Shown: one piece after another, positions 23,839 through 29,895 of the stretch
Layout of the letters: every line of letters starts with the position of its first letter
How positions within the stretch are numbered: the stretch's first letter is position 1
Origin: an uncultured Gemmatimonadota bacterium
GTDB lineage: Bacteria; Gemmatimonadota; CAZMKB01
Direction: 5' to 3'
NCBI GenBank assembly: GCA_964566685.1
Contig: CAZMKB010000006.1
Coordinates: forward strand, 1-32,769
Length of the DNA stretch: 32,769 bases
Notes under the pieces: model-generated
Databases searched by the model: none
Told to the model about the DNA's origin: nothing
The model's input: only the letters and a program-made list of their open reading frames with translations
Position numbers and translations under genes: made by a program

Positions 23839-24212
23839 TCAGCCATCGAAGAGCCGAAGCTGTGGCGAAGCGAGCAGAGGCTTTGTATGGGCTCTTGAGG
23901 GGCCGTAGCTGATCGTGAAGACTTCATCCTTGCCTCCGGTCACCTTCACCACTGTCTCCTCATAATACATCGGACACGCCAAAGCCAGGTCCAGAGTCAC
24001 ATGCGGCGCCCCCTTGAAGATCAGGTGACGGTCCCCCTTGAGTCTGATGATGAACCGGGCACCTCTCTTCCTGAACATATCGAATCGAACAGTCTTCCCC
24101 GGTCCCTTCCACGGTCTTTCACCCAGATGCCCCGGTCCTTCGTGCCGGCACGAACCGCATCCACCGCCTTCCCGATCTCATCGTTCTCGCTCACCTTACT
24201 CAGTTCGGACAT
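23839..24212 (-). pseudogene. Relic of an IS4-like DDE transposase (fragment around the first catalytic-Asp region), frameshifted
   Basis: Two overlapping ORFs (24021..24212 and 23839..24078) join into ...GIWVKDRGRDRGRLFDMFRKRGARFIIRLKGDRHLIF... if one copy of a tandem 5-mer (atcga atcga, 24079-24088) is removed. The pattern xVxDRGxDxxxLFxxLxxxGxxF(I/V)IRLKG is typical of IS4-family DDE_Tnp_1 transposases. Only about 120 codons remain and I found no inverted repeats. The region is visibly AT-richer than its flanks. Confidence 0.5.
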
Positions 24213-24281
24213 TGATTTCTGGGGAAAGTCCTGTTGATCGGAATTGATCGGGGAAGATCTCAGGGAAGGGCGCTTCCCCCC

Positions 24282-25673
24282 TCAGGAATTCCCCCCTCGG
24301 GAATCGTCGCCGGATGAGCGTTTCAGGCCGTATTTCTCGATCTTCTTGTAGAGATTGCTGCGCTGCATTCCCAGCTTCCGTGCCGTTTCGCTGACGTTCC
24401 AGTCGTTTTCCTCGAGTTTCCTCTTCAGAAACTCCTGCTCTGTCCCTTCCCTGAACTCCTGGAACGAGTCGAACGAATAATCGGCGGCCGGAGCCTCGTG
24501 CCGACCGGCCTCGAAGTCTGCCTCGACGTCTTCGCGGGTTATGACCTCTCCGGTGGAGAGAATCGCCATCCGCTCCACGACGTTTCTCAATTCCCGGATG
24601 TTTCCGGTCCAGGAGCGTCCCTTCAGAAATTCCATGGCGCCGTCCTCGACGGCGGGAGCCCGAATGCCGTTCTCGAGTGCGTAACCCTCGAGGAAAGCGC
24701 GCACGAGCTCGGGAATGTCCTCCCGCCGCTCCCGCAGCGGAGGAACCGATATCTGCACCACATTGAGACGGTAGAAGAGGTCCTCCCGGAAGGTCCCTTT
24801 CCGGATCTCCTCCTGGAGGTCCTTGTTGCTCGCGGAAAGAATCCTCACGTCCACTTCGAGTTCTTTCTGTCCACCGAGCCGCGTCACGGTACCGGTCTCG
24901 ATGGCCTTGAGAACCTTCGATTGGGCCGGGAGCTCCATGTCTCCGATCTCGTCGAGGAACAGTGTTCCGCCGTCGGCGAGCTCGAACTTGCCCTTTCGCG
25001 CCGTCATCGCGCCGGTAAAGGCGCCTTTCTCGTGCCCGAAGAGCTCAGACTCGACGAGCTCCCGCGGTATCGCGGCACAGTTCAGCTCGATGAAGGGGCC
25101 ATTCGACTTTCTGCTCATGCGATGGATGTACCGCGCGACCAGCTCCTTTCCCGTGCCGTGCTCACCGGTGATCAGAACACGGGCGTTGGTCGCCGCGACT
25201 TTTTCCGCCATTTCGATCACTTCCCGAATCGCCGCGCTGCTTCCGACGATCCGGTATTTCCGGTCGACATCGGTTCTGAGATCCCTGTTCTCTCGTATGA
25301 GCTTCACCGCGGAGAGCGCATTCTCGACCGTGATGAGCACCCGGTTCTCGTCGAGCGGCTTCTCGAGAAAATCGAAAGCGCCCTTCTTCAGAGATTCGAC
25401 GGCCGTCCCGATGGTACCGTGACCTGAAACCATCACGACGGCGACATTCTCCCCCACCGTTTCCTTCAGGCGACCGAGAACCTGGATTCCGTCGATGCCG
25501 GGAAGCTTGACGTCGAGCAGGACGAGATCCGGCTCCTCCTGCTCGAACGCGTCGATCGCGGACTCGCCGTCCCCCGCGAGAGTGACCCGGTACCCTTCGT
25601 ACTCGAGGAGCTGTTCGAGGCTCTTCCTGACGCCTTCTTCGTCATCGACGACCAGTATTCGTTCTCCCGGCAT
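24282..25673 (-). CDS. Sigma54-dependent response regulator (NtrC family: REC, AAA+ activator, Fis-type HTH)
   Basis: 463 aa. REC domain: ILVVDDEEGVRKSL...LVLLDVKLPGIDG. Walker A is ITGEHGTGKE, the GAFTGA loop is HEKGAFTGAM, Walker B is TLFLDEIGDM. HTH is NVSETARKLGMQRSNLYKKIEKYGL. GGGAGAG lies upstream of the ATG. Confidence 0.9.
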   Translation of the reverse strand: MPGERILVVDDEEGVRKSLEQLLEYEGYRVTLAGDGESAIDAFEQEEPDLVLLDVKLPGIDGIQVLGRLKETVGENVAVVMVSGHGTIGTAVESLKKGAFDFLEKPLDENRVLITVENALSAVKLIRENRDLRTDVDRKYRIVGSSAAIREVIEMAEKVAATNARVLITGEHGTGKELVARYIHRMSRKSNGPFIELNCAAIPRELVESELFGHEKGAFTGAMTARKGKFELADGGTLFLDEIGDMELPAQSKVLKAIETGTVTRLGGQKELEVDVRILSASNKDLQEEIRKGTFREDLFYRLNVVQISVPPLRERREDIPELVRAFLEGYALENGIRAPAVEDGAMEFLKGRSWTGNIRELRNVVERMAILSTGEVITREDVEADFEAGRHEAPAADYSFDSFQEFREGTEQEFLKRKLEENDWNVSETARKLGMQRSNLYKKIEKYGLKRSSGDDSRGGNS

Positions 25674-25695
25674 CCTTCTCTCCCTAACGGTCGAT

Positions 25696-25735
25696 CTACC
25701 AACCCGAATTATTCATACGCTTTCGATTTTGGCGG
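25696..25735. repeat. Intergenic repeat family, copy C (opposite orientation to A and B)
   Basis: Minus strand reads ccgccaaaaTCGAAAGCGTATGAATAATTCGGGttggtag. It shares TCGAAA-NCN-TATGAATAA-YYC-RGG with copies A, B and D, and lies between the thpR stop and the ntrC-type start. Confidence 0.55.
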
Positions 25736-25741
25736 CCGCTT

Positions 25742-26302
25742 TCATCCCTCTTTTTCCAGCGGGATGCTCTTCCTCGTCGTGTAGAGGGGACCCTCGGATC
25801 TGAGTACACTCTGTATGACGTGCAGGCTGTCGATGTGGAACGTGACAGGCTCGAACACGGCCTGCTCGAGCCTCCTGCAGAGCTCCTTCAGGTTACGCGT
25901 CCCCTTGACCCTTCCGATCGTCAGGTGCGGCGTCCAGCACTTTTTCTCGGGCGGGAACCCGATGCTCTGGAATCCCGTTTCGATCCGCCGGTGAAGGTTC
26001 ATCAGCCCTCTCGCCTGGTGAGCTCTCACCCAGACGATCCGGGGCCTGCGAAGCGACGGGAACGCACCGACCTCCTGGATGCGAAGATCGAAAGGGGGAA
26101 TCCCGCCGGCCGACAGGCGGGACACTTCATAGATTTCCCCGAGCCTCGTCTCCTCGACCTCTCCGAGAAACTTGAGCGTAAGATGCATGTTCTCCGTTTT
26201 CACCCATTTCACCTGAGCATCTGCTCGGGTGAAATCTTCGACGAGATCTCCCAGCCGATCTTTCAGCTCCTCCGGCAGTGCCAGTGCAAGAAAAAGACGC
26301 AT
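25742..26302 (-). CDS. thpR: RNA 2',3'-cyclic phosphodiesterase (2H phosphoesterase, LigT/ThpR)
   Basis: 186 aa with the two HxT/Sx motifs, NMHLTLKFLGEV and TPHLTIGRVK, at the spacing typical of LigT. Confidence 0.85.
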   Translation of the reverse strand: MRLFLALALPEELKDRLGDLVEDFTRADAQVKWVKTENMHLTLKFLGEVEETRLGEIYEVSRLSAGGIPPFDLRIQEVGAFPSLRRPRIVWVRAHQARGLMNLHRRIETGFQSIGFPPEKKCWTPHLTIGRVKGTRNLKELCRRLEQAVFEPVTFHIDSLHVIQSVLRSEGPLYTTRKSIPLEKEG

Positions 26303-26347
26303 CGTTCGTTCCCTTCCTTCACTCCGTCCCGGGGCTCCTTACCCCTC

Positions 26348-27067
26348 TCAGGAGAAGGGGAGACCGGCCGTCGACCTCCAGAGGAGATCCATCACCGCGG
26401 CGCAGGCACCCTCTTTTATGTCCCGCCTCCCGCCGATGAGCCTCAGGCGCTTCAACACGGCCCTGCCTTCACCCTGAAAACCGACGTAGACGGTACCGAC
26501 CGGCTTTTCCGGAGATCCACCGTCCGGCCCCGCGATCCCGGTGACCGCGATCCGGTAATCGAATGATCCGTACTGGGAAAGTCCCGCCAGCATCTCACCG
26601 CATGCCTGCCTGCTCACCGCTCCCCATCGATCGAGGGTCTTCCGGGACACACCGAGCATGCCGACTTTCGAATCGTTCGAGTACGTCACCACGGAGAGCA
26701 TGAAATAGGAGGAGCTTCCGGGGACATCGGTCAGCCTGTCGGACAGGAGTCCGCCGGTCAGTGATTCGGCGACGGCGATTTTGTTTCCGGCGTCAATGAG
26801 ACGCCGTCCGACCGCCTCGACGATGCTCTCATCACCGTTACCGTAGACGTACTTCTCGAGCGAGCTCTCTATTCTCCCCATTGCCGACGCATACCGTCCG
26901 GGATTCCGGCTCAGATCATGGACGAAGACATCGTAACCCGGCGGTGCAGGGAGAAATGCTATGGACACGGCCGGTTCGGATTCCCGGAGAGACCGGACGA
27001 GTTCCGCTGCCTGCTTTCTCGACAGGCCGGCGATTCTGATCGGATTCCTGATCGTCACTGGTTTCAT
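26348..27067 (-). CDS. cinA: CinA-family protein lacking the N-terminal MoCF-binding domain (linker region plus nicotinamide-nucleotide amidohydrolase PncC domain)
   Basis: 239 aa. The C-terminal domain reads KIAVAESLTGGLLSDRLTDVPGSSSYFMLSVVTYSNDSKVGMLGV...IAVTGIAGPDGGSPEKPVGTVYVGF, the classic CinA_C/PncC pattern. The first roughly 85 aa resemble the CinA middle region. ATG 27067 has no clear Shine-Dalgarno and directly abuts repeat copy A. Confidence 0.8.
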   Translation of the reverse strand: MKPVTIRNPIRIAGLSRKQAAELVRSLRESEPAVSIAFLPAPPGYDVFVHDLSRNPGRYASAMGRIESSLEKYVYGNGDESIVEAVGRRLIDAGNKIAVAESLTGGLLSDRLTDVPGSSSYFMLSVVTYSNDSKVGMLGVSRKTLDRWGAVSRQACGEMLAGLSQYGSFDYRIAVTGIAGPDGGSPEKPVGTVYVGFQGEGRAVLKRLRLIGGRRDIKEGACAAVMDLLWRSTAGLPFS

Positions 27068-27071
27068 TTGT

Positions 27072-27107
27072 CAGCCCTGCTCGAAACCCTATGAATAACC
27101 CAGGCTA
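27072..27107. repeat. Intergenic repeat family, copy A
   Basis: Plus strand reads cagccctgCTCGAAACCCTATGAATAACCCAGGCTAG. It fills the 37-nt gap between the pgpA stop (27105-27107) and the cinA start (27067). Confidence 0.6.
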
Positions 27108-27632
27108 GAGAATTCCCGAAGCGAGCATGACACGAAGTACGATGTTTGCATAGACACCGGCCAGGACGTCGTCGATGACGATGCCGACGCCCCCCGGCAG
27201 GTGCTGAGATCGTTTCACCGGCCACGGCTTGACGATGTCGAAAAATCGGAACAGGACGAACGCGGCCGTTATCACGGAGAACTCGAATCTTTCGATGGAG
27301 AAAACGGTCACCAGGAATCCGCACACTTCGTCGAGGACGATCGGCCCGGCGTCGTGGCCCAGCTTCTTCTCGGCTTCTCCGGAGCTGAGAATCCCGATCA
27401 CGACCAGGACGACGATCAGGGGAAGTTCCACGACGGACGGCTCCTTCAGGAAGACGAAGACGCCGCTTGCCAGGACGAGCGTCGTCGCCGTGGCTGGCAT
27501 GAATGGAAAGAAGCCGAGACCGAACACGGAAGAAAGAGCGACGTGGAACCGGGAGAATCTTCCCGGCCGGTCGCCCGCTACTGCGGCTGCATCCTGAACT
27601 GTCGTCATGACGCGACCCCGTGCGCTCGCCAT
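27105..27632 (-). CDS. pgpA: Phosphatidylglycerophosphatase A
   Basis: 175 aa. Motifs: SSVFGLGFFPFMPATATTLV, GPIVLDEVCGFLVT, FVLFRFFDIVKPWPV, PGGVGIVIDDVLAGVYA. These match the PgpA blocks as I recall them from E. coli PgpA (GFGSGLSP..PGT, WDEFIGMW, FRILDMWKPWPI, GGMGIMIDDIVAG). Confidence 0.85.
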   Translation of the reverse strand: MASARGRVMTTVQDAAAVAGDRPGRFSRFHVALSSVFGLGFFPFMPATATTLVLASGVFVFLKEPSVVELPLIVVLVVIGILSSGEAEKKLGHDAGPIVLDEVCGFLVTVFSIERFEFSVITAAFVLFRFFDIVKPWPVKRSQHLPGGVGIVIDDVLAGVYANIVLRVMLASGIL

Positions 27633-27681
27633 CCCGTTCTCACTCGTCCGCGGGTCCGTCTCCCGGCACCGGCCCGTCCTC

Positions 27682-28302
27682 TCACCCGAGCAGGTTCCTG
27701 AATCTGAGGATGTAGAGGAGGCCGGAGATCGCCGTGAGGGCGATGACGAGCCAGAGCGTGTAGTAATTCAGGTACCGGTGAAAGATGTCGAATCCCTGGA
27801 AATGAATGTCGGTATAATCCCGGGCGACTCCGAGGTGCACGTACCGGACGAGAACCGAGCCGATGAAGAAGTTCTGCGTGAGGGTCTTCAGCTTCGCAAG
27901 CCCGCTTGCCTGGAGATAGTTCCCCTGCTCCTTGACGATGTAACGGAACAGCATGATGATCACCTCTCTGCCCATAATGACCAGGATGATCCAGAGCTTC
28001 ACGTCCTGGAAAGCCGCCGCCTGGTTTCTGAGCAGGTAGAACGGAATGAAGGCTGCGGCGAGCAGACACTTGTCGGCGAGCGGGTCGGCTACTTTTCCGA
28101 ATTCCGTAACCACCCCGTGTTTTCTTGCGAGGTAGCCGTCGTAGAGATCGGACACGGCCGCCGTGAGGAACACGAAGAATGCGAACACCCGGGAGAGGAT
28201 ATCGTCGGAGTACAGGATGAGGATGAAGAGCACCGGACTCAGCAGGAGCCGGATCACGGTGATCTTGTTGGGAAGGGTCACGTGGCGCCCCCTCCGGGCC
28301 AC
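27682..28302 (-). CDS. pgsA: CDP-diacylglycerol--glycerol-3-phosphate 3-phosphatidyltransferase
   Basis: 206 aa. N-terminus LPNKITVIRLLLSPV, then the CDP-alcohol phosphatidyltransferase motif DLYDGYLARKHGVVTEFGKVADPLADK, i.e. D(x2)DG(x2)AR(x8)G(x3)D(x3)D. An alternative in-frame GTG at 28281 would give a GTGA start/stop overlap with the upstream gene. Confidence 0.9.
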   Translation of the reverse strand: MARRGRHVTLPNKITVIRLLLSPVLFILILYSDDILSRVFAFFVFLTAAVSDLYDGYLARKHGVVTEFGKVADPLADKCLLAAAFIPFYLLRNQAAAFQDVKLWIILVIMGREVIIMLFRYIVKEQGNYLQASGLAKLKTLTQNFFIGSVLVRYVHLGVARDYTDIHFQGFDIFHRYLNYYTLWLVIALTAISGLLYILRFRNLLG

Positions 28303-28868
28303 TCGATCGGCTTCCCGGCGGCCGTGCCTGTTTCGATCAGGTGGTTCGAGACGGTCATGAATGTTTCGAGAACACCTTCACCCTGAATCGCCGAAGCCCT
28401 GAGAGAATCCTTCCGGAAGAAATTGACCCTCCTGTCGAGCACCTCGAGGGGGAGGGCCCCCGGCAGATCGGACTTGTTGAACTGCAGGACGACCTGAGTC
28501 GATTCGACGTTCCGCTTCCACGCCGTGAGCGCATCCATGAGAGTCCACAGGGAAGCACGGCTCTCCTCGATGCATTCGAGCTGCGAATCGAGGACCATCA
28601 CGATGCCGTGACTGTCGTGGAGAATCATCTTCCAGAGATGCTGATAGTCCTCGACCGACGGCAGGCTGGTGAGCTTGAAGTGGATCGGCTCGCTCACTCC
28701 CGACACGAGCGTGAACGAGAGGAAATCGATCGGCGACTTCCCGATACTGGAGACGCTGGCGCTGATAATGGACGAGAGATCGCCGTGGGAGATCGCCGTT
28801 TCGATGAAGCGCAGGTTCGTGGTTTTCCCACTCCCGCGCGGACCGCAGTATGCAAGCCTGAATTCCAC
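28278..28868 (-). CDS. MglA-family small Ras-like GTPase, divergent switch II
   Basis: 196 aa with a GTG start. P-loop is YCGPRGSGKTTNLRFI (MglA-type GKTTNL). G4 is LQFNKSDL (NKxD) and G5-like is ASAIQGEG. Block-for-block similarity to Myxococcus MglA as I recall it: IDFLSF~FFDFLPL and HGIVMVLDSQ~DGVVFVADSQ. Where MglA has TVPGQ, this protein has SLPSV. Confidence 0.7.
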   Translation of the reverse strand: MEFRLAYCGPRGSGKTTNLRFIETAISHGDLSSIISASVSSIGKSPIDFLSFTLVSGVSEPIHFKLTSLPSVEDYQHLWKMILHDSHGIVMVLDSQLECIEESRASLWTLMDALTAWKRNVESTQVVLQFNKSDLPGALPLEVLDRRVNFFRKDSLRASAIQGEGVLETFMTVSNHLIETGTAAGKPIEWPGGGAT

Positions 28869-28900
28869 GAACGACCCGTTTCGCTGATGATTGGATGTCA

Positions 28901-28941
28901 GACCGGATCCTGCTCGAAATCGTATGAATAACCCGGGCTGC
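28901..28941. repeat. Intergenic repeat family, copy B
   Basis: Plus strand reads gaccggatcctGCTCGAAATCGTATGAATAACCCGGGCTGc. It begins at the recR stop codon (28941-28943) and lies about 43 nt upstream of the MglA-like GTG. Confidence 0.7.
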
Positions 28942-29534
28942 TAACGCAGCTCCCGTCTTCCTTCCAGTGCCCGGGATATGGTCACCTCGTCGGCGTATTC
29001 GATGTCCCCGCCCACGGGGAGACCTCTCGCGATTCTGGTCACCTTCACTCCCGCGGGTGCGAGCACCTTTTTCAGATACAGTGCCGTCGCCTCCCCCTCT
29101 ACACTCGGATTGGTTGCGACGATGACCTCGCGTACTTCTCCGTTTCTGACACGGGAGAGGAGTAGATCGACGGTCAACTGTTCCGGACCGATCCCGTCGA
29201 GAGGTGAAAGAACCCCCCCGAGCACATGATAGAGACCCCGGTATTCACCCGAACGCTCGATGGCGCTGACGTCGCTCGCTTCCTCGACGATGCAGATAAC
29301 CGACCTCTCACGGCCCTCGTTCCGGCAGACGTGACAGGGATCCGTTTCCGTGAGATTTGCGCACACCGAGCAGGGCTTCACGTTTTCCTTGACCTCCCTG
29401 AGCGCATTGCACAGTGCGTCCGTCTCACTCTTCGACGTCTTCAGAACGTGATAGGCAAGACGGTGGGCCGTCTTCCGCCCGATTCCGGGAAGCCTGGCGA
29501 ATTCCTCGACGAGTTTCTCGATCGCTCCCGACAT
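28941..29534 (-). CDS. recR: Recombination protein RecR
   Basis: 197 aa. N-terminal HhH region is LVEEFARLPGIGRKTAHRLAYH, the C4 zinc finger is CSVCANLTETDPCHVC, and the Toprim block is ICIVEEASDVSAIE. Confidence 0.92.
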   Translation of the reverse strand: MSGAIEKLVEEFARLPGIGRKTAHRLAYHVLKTSKSETDALCNALREVKENVKPCSVCANLTETDPCHVCRNEGRERSVICIVEEASDVSAIERSGEYRGLYHVLGGVLSPLDGIGPEQLTVDLLLSRVRNGEVREVIVATNPSVEGEATALYLKKVLAPAGVKVTRIARGLPVGGDIEYADEVTISRALEGRRELR

Positions 29535-29549
29535 GGACCGTCCGCAGGA

Positions 29550-29870
29550 TCAGAACAGACCGGGAAGGCTGACGTCTCCCGTCACCTTCTTCATTTCCGC
29601 CGCTGCCATCTCCGAAGCCTGGCCGAGAGCTTCGTTCACGGCGGCGAGCAGAAGATCTTCCAGGAGCTCTATTTCCTCGGGATTGACGACTTCGGGCTTT
29701 ATCCTGATCTCCACGATCTCCTGCTGCCCGCTGGCGATCACCTCGACGACTCCGCCGCCGGCGGAAGCACTGATTCTCTTCTCTGCCAAATCTTCCTGTA
29801 CCTTCTTGATGGCACCCTGCATTTTCTGTGCTTGCTTCAGAAGCTGGCCTATGTTCTTCATCTTCCCCAT
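29550..29870 (-). CDS. ybaB: Nucleoid-associated protein YbaB/EbfC
   Basis: 106 aa. Reads MGKMKNIGQLLKQAQKMQGAIKKVQEDLAEK...GGGVVEVIASGQQEIVEIRIKPEVV...DLLLAAVNEAL. It sits in the canonical position between dnaX and recR. The second ATG (29861) may be the true start, given the GAGGAGG spacing. Confidence 0.9.
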   Translation of the reverse strand: MGKMKNIGQLLKQAQKMQGAIKKVQEDLAEKRISASAGGGVVEVIASGQQEIVEIRIKPEVVNPEEIELLEDLLLAAVNEALGQASEMAAAEMKKVTGDVSLPGLF

Positions 29871-29895
29871 ATCCTCCTCTTTATGTCATGTCCTG

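Noticed and set aside
24263-24278. Hairpin GGGAAG-ggcg-CTTCCC just after the ntrC-type stop, as a possible intrinsic terminator
   Set aside because: On the transcribed strand it is not followed by a U-run, so I cannot support a terminator call.
27090-27107. Mini-ORFs inside the intergenic repeats (MNNPG* in A, MNNPGC* in B, MNNSGW* in C)
   Set aside because: They have no Shine-Dalgarno. Copies A and B lie on the strand opposite to all surrounding genes with no conserved promoter. Five or six codons is too short to argue for coding without expression data. I treat the ATG as part of a nucleotide-level motif.
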